Origin: an uncultured Pseudomonadota bacterium
Lineage (GTDB): Bacteria; Pseudomonadota; Alphaproteobacteria; Rs-D84
Assembly (NCBI GenBank): GCA_947303585.1
Contig: CAMYYT010000001.1
Span: 18,008 to 82,007 of the forward strand
DNA: 64,000 bases
Direction: 5' to 3'
A program made the translations under genes and the position numbers. The notes under the pieces are model-generated. The model was not told the origin of the DNA, did no database searches, and saw nothing but the letters and a program-made list of their open reading frames with translations. Shown here piece after piece: positions 38,434 to 48,575 of the stretch. Position 1 is the stretch's first letter; each line of letters starts with the position of its first letter.

Positions 38434-40848
38434 TTACAATTGTGCTTTGATTTCTTGGACTTCATAGCATTCGACACGGTCGCCTTCTTTCAAGTCGTTA
38501 TATTTATCAAAACTCATACCGAATTCTACGCCGTTTGACACTTCGTTAACTTCGTTCTTTTCACGTCTTAATTCGCCAATTTTGCCGTCATAGATAACGA
38601 CATTGTTACGAAGCAAGCGAACAAGGGCTGATTTTTTAATTACACCTTCGCTTACACGACAGCCCGCAACTTTGGTGCCTTTGCCCACAGTGAACAAAGC
38701 AATAACATCTGCGTATCCAATGAAGTTTTCTTTGTGTTCTGGCGCTAATTTACCAGACAATATTTCTTTGATTTCATCTGTGATGCGATAAACAACGCTG
38801 TGATAGCGGATATCTACACCGTTATTACGCGCCATATCACGAACAGCGCTGTCGGCACGAACATTAAACGCGATAATAACTGCACCTGATGCGGTGGCTA
38901 ATCTTATATCACCTTCAGTAATTTGACCAACGCCCGCAGACAATAATTCGACCGCTGCTTTGTCTGAATTAAAGCCACGCAACATATCAGATATTGCTTC
39001 GACTGAACCTTGGACATCTGCGCGCAAAATAATTGGCAAAGTCAATTTTTTCGTTTCATCGCGTTTAGCAAATAATTCTTCCAAAGATGAACGTTTAACG
39101 GCATTTGCTTTGTCTTTTGCTTTTTGAACACGATACGCAGCAACTTCGCGGGTTTGCGCTTCGTTTTCCATTACATGCAACTCGTCACCTGCACTTGGGA
39201 CAGATTCTAATCCCAAAACCATTGCTGGTTGTCCTGGTTTTACAGATTTAACACGAACACCGTTTGAATTTATCAAACCACGCACGCGACCAAATGTTTC
39301 ACCCACTACAAAAACATCACCAACTGACAATGTTCCCTGACGCATTAAAACTGTTGCGACTGCGCCAAGTCCTTTTTCCATCTTAGCTTCGACAACATAA
39401 GCGGAAGCCAACATTTCGGGGTCAGCCTTTAAATCCATAATTTCAGATTGCAAAAGAATTGCTTCTTCTAATTTATCCAGTCCCATTTTTGTCTTGGCAG
39501 AAATTTCGACACATTGAACATCGCCGCCCATTTCTTCAACCTGAACTTCTTGTTGCAAAAGGTCAGTTTTTACACGCATTGGGTCTGCTTCGGGCAAATC
39601 ACATTTGTTAATTGCAACGATAAAAGGAACCTTGGCTGCACGAATATGGTTAATTGCTTCAATAGTTTGTGGCATAATTGAATCATTAGCCGCAACCACC
39701 AACACAACGATATCTGCGATTTGCGCGCCACGCGCACGCATTGCTGTAAATGTTTCGTGTCCAGGTGTATCCAAAAATGTTATCGTTGCCCCAGATTTCG
39801 TTTTTACTTCGTATGAAGAAATATGCTGAGTGATTCCTCCTGCTTCGCCTGCTGCAACATTAGCATTACGGAAAGCATCCAAAAGCGAAGTTTTACCATG
39901 ATCAACATGTCCTACAACTGTGACAACAGGTGAACGCGGTTGAAGTCTTTCTGGATTTGGTTGTTCTTCCAAAATATTTGCATAAGGTTTAACATCTACA
40001 CGTTTAACAGTTGCACCAAATTCAGTCGCTATTAATTCAGCAGTATCAGCATCAATAGATTGATTTTGTGATGCCATCATACCCATTTCCATCAATTTTT
40101 TGATAACATTGCCGACTTTTTCAGCCATGGCTGCCGCCAAATCTTTGACTGTGATTGTATCACCCAAAGTGACAACACGTTCAACCTTTTGTGGTGCAGT
40201 AAATACCGAGCGTGCTTTTTCACGAAATCTTTTAAGTGATGCTTCGCTGCGTCTGCGTTCAGCCCCACGCAATCCGATTTCTTCTTCGTCATCATCGTCA
40301 CCGCCACCGATAACAATGTCATGGATAGATATTTTTCCACCTTTTTTGAAATCTTTCTTGAAACGGTTTTGTTTTGAATTGCGCATATCTTCGCCGTCTT
40401 CGTTATCACGACGAGAATTGCGATTTTGAAAGGCGACATTATTCTTTTTGTTTTCGTGCGTATTTTCGCGTTTCGGTGTTGCAACAATAGCATCTTCAAC
40501 AGATTGCGGTTGTTCTGCAACATTGTTTTCACGTTGCGCCAATTGTTCTTTGACTGCTTCGTATTCGCGATTTTCGCGTTCGATTTCTGCTTCGCGAGCC
40601 TTGCGCGCGGCTTCTTCTTCGGCCTCGCGTTTTTTGCGTTCTTCGTCTCTGGCCTTGGCCGCAGCCAACACGGCACGCAATTTTTCGTCAGCTGCACTGC
40701 GTGGTGTTTCAACTTTCTTTGGTTCGTCACGCAATTCTTTGTTGCCAGGCGCAACAATGCGACGACGGCGTTCTACGAACACTGCGTCACCCTTTTTGCT
40801 TTGTACTGCGTCAATCGTTACTGATTTTCCAAGTGTTAATGTCGCCAT
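38434..40848 (-). CDS. infB: Translation initiation factor IF-2
   Basis: G domain [17 protein letters not shown] and NKCD. The N-terminal region is low-complexity and rich in Lys, Glu and Ala. Confidence 0.96.
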   Translation of the reverse strand: MATLTLGKSVTIDAVQSKKGDAVFVERRRRIVAPGNKELRDEPKKVETPRSAADEKLRAVLAAAKARDEERKKREAEEEAARKAREAEIERENREYEAVKEQLAQRENNVAEQPQSVEDAIVATPKRENTHENKKNNVAFQNRNSRRDNEDGEDMRNSKQNRFKKDFKKGGKISIHDIVIGGGDDDDEEEIGLRGAERRRSEASLKRFREKARSVFTAPQKVERVVTLGDTITVKDLAAAMAEKVGNVIKKLMEMGMMASQNQSIDADTAELIATEFGATVKRVDVKPYANILEEQPNPERLQPRSPVVTVVGHVDHGKTSLLDAFRNANVAAGEAGGITQHISSYEVKTKSGATITFLDTPGHETFTAMRARGAQIADIVVLVVAANDSIMPQTIEAINHIRAAKVPFIVAINKCDLPEADPMRVKTDLLQQEVQVEEMGGDVQCVEISAKTKMGLDKLEEAILLQSEIMDLKADPEMLASAYVVEAKMEKGLGAVATVLMRQGTLSVGDVFVVGETFGRVRGLINSNGVRVKSVKPGQPAMVLGLESVPSAGDELHVMENEAQTREVAAYRVQKAKDKANAVKRSSLEELFAKRDETKKLTLPIILRADVQGSVEAISDMLRGFNSDKAAVELLSAGVGQITEGDIRLATASGAVIIAFNVRADSAVRDMARNNGVDIRYHSVVYRITDEIKEILSGKLAPEHKENFIGYADVIALFTVGKGTKVAGCRVSEGVIKKSALVRLLRNNVVIYDGKIGELRREKNEVNEVSNGVEFGMSFDKYNDLKEGDRVECYEVQEIKAQL

Positions 40849-40908
40849 TTTTTAACCTTTGGTTATTTATTGTTTGTTTTATCTCGCTGTAGCGATAGCG
40901 TAAGCGGA

Positions 40909-42453
40909 TTATTCTGCGTCTTCTTCTGGAGTAATTCCATATGCCAATTCGCGTGCTTTCATAATAACTTTTTCTGCCAAACGCATAGACATATTATCTT
41001 CGCCCAAAATTTCAACCAATTCATCAGATGCAAGATCTGCCAAATCAGCCAAAGACTTTATGTCTGCTTCACCCAATTTCATAATAATTGGACGTTTGAT
41101 AAAATCAAAATTCAACAAATCGTCTTTTAATCCCATTTTGTGCCCATTGTCAAAATAGTCTTGTTCAATTTTAGCAAGATAAGCTTTTGCGCGATTTTGC
41201 AATTCTGTCGCCAATTCTGGATTAAAGCCTTCGATAGATTCTAATTCTGATTGTTCAACATAAGCAATTTCTTCAATTGTTCTGAAACCTTCTGTGATTA
41301 ACAATTGAGCGATGGTTTCATCAACATCCAAAGCTTTGGTGAATAATTCTGTTTTTTCTTTAAATTCTTTTGCACGACGCTCTTGTTCTTCGGCTTCACT
41401 CATAACATCAATATTCCAGCCAGTTAATTGAGAAGCAAGACGAACATTTTGTCCACGACGACCAATCGCCAAAGATTGTTGATCTTCGGTCACAACAACC
41501 GCAGCAGTATGTGTATCTTCGTCAACAATGATTTTTGCAACTTTTGCTGGCTGCATAGCGTTCACGATAAACACAGCTGGGTCTTCGGAATACAAGATAA
41601 CATCGATTTTTTCACCGTGACATTCGTTGATAACCGGTTGAATACGTGTTCCTTTGATACCAACGGTCATCCCCACAGCATCAATAGATGGGTCTTGGGT
41701 TTCAACAGCGATTTTAGCGTGAGAACCAGGAGCACGAGAAACAGATTTAATTTTAATAACACCTTCGTAAATTTCTGGAACTTCTTGAGTAAACAATTTT
41801 TCCATAAACAAAGGATGCGTTCTGGTTAAAAAGATTTGTGGCCCAGAGTTAGAACGAACAACATCCATAATCAATGCACGAACACGATCACCAACCGCCA
41901 AACGTTCACCTGGGATTAATTCTGTATTTTTAATATAACCTTCGGCTTTGCCATTGATATCAACAAAAACATTACCAAATTCAATTCTTTTGACAACGCC
42001 ATTTACAATATCGCCAATATTATCTTTGAATTCTTCGTATTGATGACCTTTTTCAGCATCACGAACACGAGCAGTCATAATTTGACGCGCCGTTTGAAAC
42101 GCCATACGACCAAATTCTGGTTCTGGCAACATATCTTCTACGACATCGCCAACCATAGGATTAGCAGAATATTTTTTCGCTTTTTCTATCGTCAACATAG
42201 TGTTTGGGTCGTAATCTTCGCCCAAATTTTCTGGGGAATCAATAACTTCAAATAAACGTTTTACATGGATAGCCCCATTTTTACGGTCAATGTTTGCAAC
42301 AATATTAAATTCTTCACCATATTTATGTTTTGCGATTTTTGCAATTGCCGCTTCCAAAGATTCAATAACTGTTTCTTTGTCTATCATTTTTTCTTGAGCC
42401 AAAGAATCGATAGCAAGTAACAAATCTTGGCGTGGCATAGATTCAAAAGACAT
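40909..42453 (-). CDS. nusA: Transcription termination/antitermination factor NusA
   Basis: N-terminal domain, S1 (GDIVNGVVKRIEFGNVFVDI), KH1/KH2 (AIGRRGQNVRLASQLTGWNIDV), and C-terminal HhH repeats. Confidence 0.95.
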   Translation of the reverse strand: MSFESMPRQDLLLAIDSLAQEKMIDKETVIESLEAAIAKIAKHKYGEEFNIVANIDRKNGAIHVKRLFEVIDSPENLGEDYDPNTMLTIEKAKKYSANPMVGDVVEDMLPEPEFGRMAFQTARQIMTARVRDAEKGHQYEEFKDNIGDIVNGVVKRIEFGNVFVDINGKAEGYIKNTELIPGERLAVGDRVRALIMDVVRSNSGPQIFLTRTHPLFMEKLFTQEVPEIYEGVIKIKSVSRAPGSHAKIAVETQDPSIDAVGMTVGIKGTRIQPVINECHGEKIDVILYSEDPAVFIVNAMQPAKVAKIIVDEDTHTAAVVVTEDQQSLAIGRRGQNVRLASQLTGWNIDVMSEAEEQERRAKEFKEKTELFTKALDVDETIAQLLITEGFRTIEEIAYVEQSELESIEGFNPELATELQNRAKAYLAKIEQDYFDNGHKMGLKDDLLNFDFIKRPIIMKLGEADIKSLADLADLASDELVEILGEDNMSMRLAEKVIMKARELAYGITPEEDAE

Positions 42454-42498
42454 TTTGCTTTCTCCTTCGTTCGTTAGTCGTTGTCTTTTACTGAAAGA

Positions 42499-42518
42499 GC
42501 GGGGTTTTGCAACCCCGC
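42499..42518 (-). promoter_or_regulatory. GC-rich hairpin in the nusA leader
   Basis: On the minus strand, GCGGGGTT-GCAA-AACCCCGC forms 8 perfect base pairs with a GNRA loop, followed by TCTTTC. It lies 45 nt upstream of the nusA ATG. Confidence 0.35.
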
Positions 42519-42622
42519 CCTTAAAAACTTTTTTAAGAACACATCTGTATTATACGGGCGAATCGTGAAAATGCAAGAAAAAAATTATAAATTGAAATAT
42601 CTGGCTTTTAATTCTTTGTTGC

Positions 42623-42651
42623 TTGACGGGTGTTGTTTTGAGATTTATACT
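42623..42651 (+). promoter_or_regulatory. Sigma70-type promoter for lptF
   Basis: TTGACG (42623-42628), 17-nt spacer, TATACT (42646-42651). The ATG lies 9 nt downstream of the -10 element. Confidence 0.5.
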
Positions 42652-42660
42652 TTATCTGAT

Positions 42661-43722
42661 ATGACTATTATAAATAGGTATTTTAGAAATCAATTGGTTG
42701 GTATATTTGTGATGCTGCTGCTTATCCTTACTGGATTGGCATGGATGATGCAGATTATGGCCATGATGAAATTTTTACTTAATTATGGCGTAGATTTTTC
42801 AAGTTTTGTTTATTTAACTTCGCTGATGATTCCGTTTATTGTATCTATCATTGTTCCTTTTGTGACTTTTATTGCTGTGATTTTTGTTTACAACAAAATG
42901 ATTTCTGAAAACGAAGTGACTGTTATGGCGTCATCTGGTTTATCACCTTGGCAAATTGCAAAACCTGCTTTGAAATTTGCAGGTGTTCTGACTGCGTTGC
43001 ATCTGATATTGAACATTTGGATTGTTCCGACCAGTCAATCTATGTTTTACAGCACTCAATGGAATTTACGTTATGGGTTGGCACACTTGAAATTACAAGA
43101 AGGTGCGTTTACAAAATTGGCTAATGGATTGGTAGTGTATGTTGACAAAGTGTCTGGGAACGATTTGAACCAAGTTATGCTGTCTGATATGCGCGAAGAC
43201 AAAAATCAAATTATGGTATTCGCAGAACGCGGAAAATTAGTGTCAACGATTCACGGACTTTCTATTGTCACAAATCATGGTTCTTTACAAATCGAAGGGC
43301 GCAACGGTTTTACAACTGGGACTTTTGATAATTTGGACATGGATTTGAATTTGGTGGAAAATGATGCAGATATGTCATTCAGGGTTCGTCGCATTCCAAC
43401 ATCAATTTTGCTGCAGACTGTGTTTTCACAAGACAGCGCCAGACAACACAAATTGACTTTGGTTGAAATATGCACTCGTTTATTAAATCCTTTTATGAAT
43501 TTAATTTTGGCAATCGTTTGCACACTGGTTTTATTAAAGTCTTCTTTGTTGCGCAGGCGCGCCAGTTTTGCCCCAGCAATGGCGATATTGTCTATGGCTG
43601 TTATAATGGCAATTTATATGTCTGCGTCTAATATGGCTACCAGTTTGACTGATATTGGTTTGATTGCAATCGGGGTTTTTATTGTTCTGTTTGGGTTATT
43701 GGGTTTATTGATAAAAAAATGA
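42661..43722 (+). CDS. lptF: LPS export ABC permease LptF/LptG family
   Basis: MTIINRYFRNQLVGIFVMLLL is the typical family N-terminus. The protein has 6 TM segments with a periplasmic beta-jellyroll. The ORF-track start at 42481 is rejected. Confidence 0.8.
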   Translation: MTIINRYFRNQLVGIFVMLLLILTGLAWMMQIMAMMKFLLNYGVDFSSFVYLTSLMIPFIVSIIVPFVTFIAVIFVYNKMISENEVTVMASSGLSPWQIAKPALKFAGVLTALHLILNIWIVPTSQSMFYSTQWNLRYGLAHLKLQEGAFTKLANGLVVYVDKVSGNDLNQVMLSDMREDKNQIMVFAERGKLVSTIHGLSIVTNHGSLQIEGRNGFTTGTFDNLDMDLNLVENDADMSFRVRRIPTSILLQTVFSQDSARQHKLTLVEICTRLLNPFMNLILAIVCTLVLLKSSLLRRRASFAPAMAILSMAVIMAIYMSASNMATSLTDIGLIAIGVFIVLFGLLGLLIKK

Positions 43723-45749
43723 AATATATAATGTCATTTTTATCGTATTGCCTTTGTGCGACAAGCGCGTTCGCATTAGGGATTAATACAGAAGAGGCCA
43801 AGACAATTAAATCAGACAAAATTGAATACGATTTAAAAAGCCAAGAATTAAAAACTTCTGGCAACACAGAAATGACAAATGCTTCGGGTCAAAAAGTAAA
43901 AGTTAATAATTTAACCTTGTCCAAAGACAAAACCAGCATTGATGCAAACAATGTGGAATTGTGGTTGGGAAGCCATGTTTATATTCGTGCAGACGAAGTG
44001 ACACGCAAAAAAAATGAAACCATTGCCAAGAATGCCGAATTTACCGCTTGTGATGGGTGTGATGAATATGGTAACGCCTGGGAAATATCCAGCAAAACTG
44101 TTATTCATGATTCAGATGAAAAGATGCTTTACTTTCATAATGCAACTTTTTGGGTATATAACGATACTTTCCCTATCTTGTGGTTGCCTTATTATGAAAT
44201 GCCGGACCCGACTGTTAAATATAAAACAGGTTTTTTGAACCCTAGTATAAATTCTACTAATGATATGGGGACGCAATTTAATATACCTTTCTATATCAAT
44301 TTTTCGAACAGACACGATTTAACAACTACATTTTCTTATCTTACCAAAGAAAATCCTTTATTTCAGGCTGAACATCGTCTGAATTTGCGTCATTCAGAAT
44401 TTAGGTCTGTTGGTTCTTTTACTCATAACAAGCAAGGCGAAAATCGTTGGCATTTTTATAATGATGATAAAATAGAACTGGGCGAAAATGCGCGCGCTTT
44501 TGTTTACATTGCCAGAACATCTGATAAAACTTATTTACAAAAATATGGTTTTTATGATTATCAACCTTACCTTGATTCTGGGGCCAAGGTTGAATTGTTT
44601 GGTCAAACCAGTTATGTTGTTGCAGACGCGCATATATTCCAAGAATTACGTCAAGCGACCGGAAATCAAAATACTATTTCTGGAAATATATTGCCTAATA
44701 TCCGCGGAAAACACCAAACAGACCCATTTTTTAAAGAAACTTATTTAAGTCTTTCCGGGGATATTTTGGGCGTGTCTGGTTCTCATTCAACCAGTCAACG
44801 CGCCATAGGTGAAGCACGAATAATTTCACCTTGGACTTTGTGGGGCGGAAATCGCATTACTTTAAGTGCTGCAACACGTTATGATATTTACAATTTTGAT
44901 AATACCAATGTGTATAGTGATAACGGAATAACAGAATCTTATTATGGGATTAAAACACGTTTTTTGCCAAGTGGATATGCAGAATGGGCTTTGCCGCTTT
45001 ATAGCGTGAAAAATGATTGGACTTATATTCTGGAACCAAAAGCGCGTTTAACAATTATGGAACATATAAATTCAAAATCTGTTTTTGCTGTGAACAATGA
45101 TTCTGCAGGACGCTTTTTATCTGATACAACTTTGTTTTCTGATAACAGGTATGCGGGTCTGGATGTTTGGGAAAACGGGAACTTTATTGATTATGGCGTA
45201 AGATGGGCAGCATTTAACCAAAAGCATGATATCGAAGTATTTATTGGTCAAACTTATGATTTTGATACGGAAAGCGAAGATTTTAACGAAAACGGATTTA
45301 GAAATGGTTTTTCTGATTATGTGGGAAGAATTGCTTATACAAGAAACTATTTCCAAATATCTTCACGTGCAAGATTTGATCGCGAAAAGACCTCATTAAA
45401 TCATATGGAAAATTCTGTTTATGTTGGCAAAAGTGGTTATTATTTAACTTTGGGACATATTTGGGACACACATCCTATTGATGTTTTATCTGTGGATGAC
45501 AAAGATACTCATGAATTAACAGCAGGAGCGGGTTTACCGATTACAAAACGAGTAAATATCAGAGGTTCTGTAATTTATAATGCGTATGAACATTTTGTTC
45601 AAAGACATAGTGGCGGTATTTATTTTGAACATCCTTGCTATTATTTTTCACTGGAATACAGTCGTGATAATGCTATTAAAAGTGATTATATTGGTAACAC
45701 AACTTACAGATTTAAGTTTGGTATGAGTATTGACGGCAAACATTATTAA
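43719..45749 (+). CDS. lptD: LPS-assembly outer membrane protein LptD
   Basis: Signal peptide, an OstA-like N-terminal domain, and a large Tyr/Asn/Phe-rich beta-barrel ending ..YRFKFGMSIDG. ATGA overlap with lptF. Confidence 0.85.
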   Translation: MKYIMSFLSYCLCATSAFALGINTEEAKTIKSDKIEYDLKSQELKTSGNTEMTNASGQKVKVNNLTLSKDKTSIDANNVELWLGSHVYIRADEVTRKKNETIAKNAEFTACDGCDEYGNAWEISSKTVIHDSDEKMLYFHNATFWVYNDTFPILWLPYYEMPDPTVKYKTGFLNPSINSTNDMGTQFNIPFYINFSNRHDLTTTFSYLTKENPLFQAEHRLNLRHSEFRSVGSFTHNKQGENRWHFYNDDKIELGENARAFVYIARTSDKTYLQKYGFYDYQPYLDSGAKVELFGQTSYVVADAHIFQELRQATGNQNTISGNILPNIRGKHQTDPFFKETYLSLSGDILGVSGSHSTSQRAIGEARIISPWTLWGGNRITLSAATRYDIYNFDNTNVYSDNGITESYYGIKTRFLPSGYAEWALPLYSVKNDWTYILEPKARLTIMEHINSKSVFAVNNDSAGRFLSDTTLFSDNRYAGLDVWENGNFIDYGVRWAAFNQKHDIEVFIGQTYDFDTESEDFNENGFRNGFSDYVGRIAYTRNYFQISSRARFDREKTSLNHMENSVYVGKSGYYLTLGHIWDTHPIDVLSVDDKDTHELTAGAGLPITKRVNIRGSVIYNAYEHFVQRHSGGIYFEHPCYYFSLEYSRDNAIKSDYIGNTTYRFKFGMSIDGKHY

Positions 45750-45760
45750 AAGGAAAGGAA

Positions 45761-46588
45761 ATGAAGAATTTATGTAGCTTTTTTATATTATTAATTGCAG
45801 GGATTGGATGCGCGAATGCTGCAACAGTTGTGGGTTCTGTAAATGGCAATCCGATTACTGATTCTGATATAACTGCGCGGACAGAATTAATGGCTCGTCA
45901 GGGAAAAACTTCGACCACAAATCGCAAACAAGCTTTTCAAAACATAGTTGATGATTATGTAAAATTAGATTATGCCAGCAAATACAATGTAAAACCAACT
46001 GACAAGGATGCAGACAAAGAATTAAAACGGATGGGATTGACTGATTTGGGTGCAACAACGCGTTCTATGGCACGTCTTGCTGTGCGGGCAGATATTGCTT
46101 GGCAAGTTATAATGGCTCGAACAATTATGCCGACTGTCGAAGTGTCTAAATCTGATATAGCCGAAGAAAAATCAGACATTGCACGCGAACACGGATTACC
46201 AATTGAAATGACTTTGATAAGATTGACTGATGTTCCAAGCAATATAACAACAAAACTAACAAGCCCAAAAAATTGTGATGCCGCTGAAAAAATGGTTGAA
46301 GATTTAGGTGGATATCCCCAAAAAATTACGGCTATGCAATATGAATTAGCGCCAGAAATGCGTCAAAAAATTGCAGGGCTACCATTGCTTACTTGGTCTA
46401 AACCTGACGCAAATGGTTCTATGGTTTTGGTATGCAGCGAAAAGAAAGGCAAAGAATATAAAAATCTGGACGAAATAATAAAACAAAATGCACAATTCAA
46501 AAAAGCTTCGTTTATCGCAGACCAACAATTAAAACAATTGCGCCGCAAAGCAGTAATTATTATAAACGACGATAGATATAAATTATGA
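45761..46588 (+). CDS. SurA-like periplasmic chaperone (SurA N-terminal domain, no obvious PPIase domain)
   Basis: Signal peptide, then VNGNPITDSDITARTELM... Canonical position after lptD. Confidence 0.6.
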   Translation: MKNLCSFFILLIAGIGCANAATVVGSVNGNPITDSDITARTELMARQGKTSTTNRKQAFQNIVDDYVKLDYASKYNVKPTDKDADKELKRMGLTDLGATTRSMARLAVRADIAWQVIMARTIMPTVEVSKSDIAEEKSDIAREHGLPIEMTLIRLTDVPSNITTKLTSPKNCDAAEKMVEDLGGYPQKITAMQYELAPEMRQKIAGLPLLTWSKPDANGSMVLVCSEKKGKEYKNLDEIIKQNAQFKKASFIADQQLKQLRRKAVIIINDDRYKL

Positions 46589-47682
46589 AAACAGTACTTT
46601 TTAATTTAAATGACAGTGAACTTGAAAAATTCATAACGGATTTAGGTCAGCCGCGTTTTCGTGCTAAGCAAATTCAAGAATGGTTAAATCGTGGTGCGCC
46701 AGATTTTATGCTGATGAAAAATCTGCCCGAAGATTTGCGTAAAAAACTGGAAGATTTGGCAGAAACTTTGCCTGTAAAAATTGTAAAAAAATTGGAAAGC
46801 AGCGACAATCAAACCACTAAATTTTTACTTGAATTATCTGACGGTGAACAAATTGAATGCGTTTTGATGCGCACAACTTATGGCAACAGTGTATGTGTTT
46901 CTTCACAAGCAGGCTGTGCGATGGGATGTAAATTTTGTGCATCTACTTTGCTTGGCCTTAAACGCAATTTAACAGTTAACGAAATGTTCGCGCAAATTCT
47001 GGTTGCGCAATGGGAATTGCGCGGCGATAAAGTGCGTGATATTAAACCAAACGGCGATGCTAATAATGGGGATGTTTCGCATATCGTTGTAATGGGAACA
47101 GGTGAACCATTACAAAATACTGAAAATGTGATTGGATTTTTAGAGCGCGCGAATAATGAATTAAATATATCTTGGCGAAGAATAACAGTTTCTACTTGCG
47201 GAATTGTTCCGGGTATAAACGAATTAAACAAATGGGGGCGCCCAATAAATTTGGCTATATCTTTACATGCACCAACTGACGAATTACGCAGCAAAATTAT
47301 GCCGATTAACAACAAATACAAATTACGCGAAGTTTTAGATGCCGCTTTTGCGTTTTCCAGCGCACACAATCGTCAATTAATGATTGAATATATATTGCTG
47401 GGCAAAAAAGACCAAGATGGCTCTGTGGCGCTTTATAATGCAAATGAAGACTATGCGTTAAAACTGGTTGAATTAATGCGCGGACACAATGTTATGGTGA
47501 ATCTCATTCCGTGGAATAGTGTGGACGAACGCGATTTTGCATCAGTTTCTGGAAACGCAGTGCATCGATTCCAAGATATTTTAATTAAAAACGGTATTCA
47601 TACCAGAATAAGGAGAGAGCGTGGCGCAGATATTGGTTCTGCATGTGGACAGTTAAGATTAAAAAATGCTAAAAAAGGGTAA
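46585..47682 (+). CDS. rlmN: 23S rRNA/tRNA m2A methyltransferase RlmN (radical SAM)
   Basis: RFRAKQIQEWL, CAMGCKFCAS, GTGEPL, and C-terminal GSACGQL. Confidence 0.92.
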   Translation: MKTVLFNLNDSELEKFITDLGQPRFRAKQIQEWLNRGAPDFMLMKNLPEDLRKKLEDLAETLPVKIVKKLESSDNQTTKFLLELSDGEQIECVLMRTTYGNSVCVSSQAGCAMGCKFCASTLLGLKRNLTVNEMFAQILVAQWELRGDKVRDIKPNGDANNGDVSHIVVMGTGEPLQNTENVIGFLERANNELNISWRRITVSTCGIVPGINELNKWGRPINLAISLHAPTDELRSKIMPINNKYKLREVLDAAFAFSSAHNRQLMIEYILLGKKDQDGSVALYNANEDYALKLVELMRGHNVMVNLIPWNSVDERDFASVSGNAVHRFQDILIKNGIHTRIRRERGADIGSACGQLRLKNAKKG

Positions 47683-47687
47683 ATATT

Positions 47688-48440
47688 ATGAAATTAAGAT
47701 ATATAACTTGTTCTGACCCACGTGAACACAATTCAATAAAGTCTATCATAGATTTGGCGCATTTGCCCCATGCAGAAGTCGCCGTTCAATGTCACCCTTC
47801 GAAAATGAGTCACGGTATGCCACGAAATGTTTGGTTTAATGATTTATTATATGTGGTTAACCAAGGCAGCCGTATCAGTTTAGCAATCCATATTAATCAA
47901 GAATGGGCAAATGATATTTGTGCCGATGCTAAAATTCCAAATATTGTCCTAGATTGGATGCAACTTGAAAAATCTCATAATAAACCGCTTATCAAACGTA
48001 TTCAATTAAATATGCCAAAAACAACAGCCGCAAATATAGATACAGACGGATTGGCCAAGATTATACACGATTTTCCGCACCACGAATTTATTTTTCAATA
48101 TAACGATAACACAAAAGCAGCAATAGAAAAAATGCATAATACTGGTGCAAAATTTTCTTTGCTTTTCGATGCCAGTGGCGGGAATGGCATCGCGCCAAAG
48201 GCGTGGCAAAAACCTATTTATGAAACTCATCCGATGGGATACAGCGGGGGATTATCGCCAGATAATGTTTTGCGTGAACTTGATAAAATAAACTTGGTTG
48301 TACCAAAAGACAGGGAAATCTGGATAGATGCCGAAGGAAAATTAAAATCACAAACCATGTTCAGCGAAAAAGCATTGTTTGATGTAGAACTTGCCAAAGG
48401 TTATGTCCGTCGCGCAAACGCTTGGCAAAAAGAAAAATAA
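47688..48440 (+). CDS. Hypothetical TIM-barrel-like protein with PRAI (TrpF)-like C-terminal motifs
   Basis: LLFDASGGNGIAPKAW..GYSGGLSPDNV..IWIDAEGKL resembles the TrpF pattern LLDS..GGTG..FDW..LAGGL.P.NV..VDVSSG. Weak, by eye only. Confidence 0.35.
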   Translation: MKLRYITCSDPREHNSIKSIIDLAHLPHAEVAVQCHPSKMSHGMPRNVWFNDLLYVVNQGSRISLAIHINQEWANDICADAKIPNIVLDWMQLEKSHNKPLIKRIQLNMPKTTAANIDTDGLAKIIHDFPHHEFIFQYNDNTKAAIEKMHNTGAKFSLLFDASGGNGIAPKAWQKPIYETHPMGYSGGLSPDNVLRELDKINLVVPKDREIWIDAEGKLKSQTMFSEKALFDVELAKGYVRRANAWQKEK

Positions 48441-48450
48441 TCTCTACTTG

Positions 48451-48520
48451 TTATTCCAGAGCGTGTGTTGTGACCACACTTTGTTAAAATTTCGTGTGGC
48501 AAGCATAGTCTCTGGAATAA
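48451..48520. repeat. 70-bp inverted-repeat element
   Basis: Perfect 11-bp arms TTATTCCAGAG (48451-48461) and CTCTGGAATAA (48510-48520) enclose mutually exclusive inner hairpins GTGTG/CACAC and CCACAC/GTGTGG. Confidence 0.6.
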
Positions 48521-48534
48521 GCGCCAATCAAAAT

Positions 48535-48560
48535 AAAAAACGCCCAAACGGGCGTCTTTT
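48535..48560. terminator. Bidirectional terminator between the TrpF-like gene and skp
   Basis: AAAAAA-CGCCC-aaac-GGGCG-TCTTTT. Confidence 0.8.
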
Positions 48561-48575
48561 AAGGTTTTGATATTT

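Noticed and set aside
40092-40855. Several 109-221-aa ORFs on both strands within the 5' part of infB.
   Set aside because: They are out-of-frame or antisense readings of the Lys/Glu/Ala-rich low-complexity N-terminal region of IF2. The IF2 frame is continuous and well supported.
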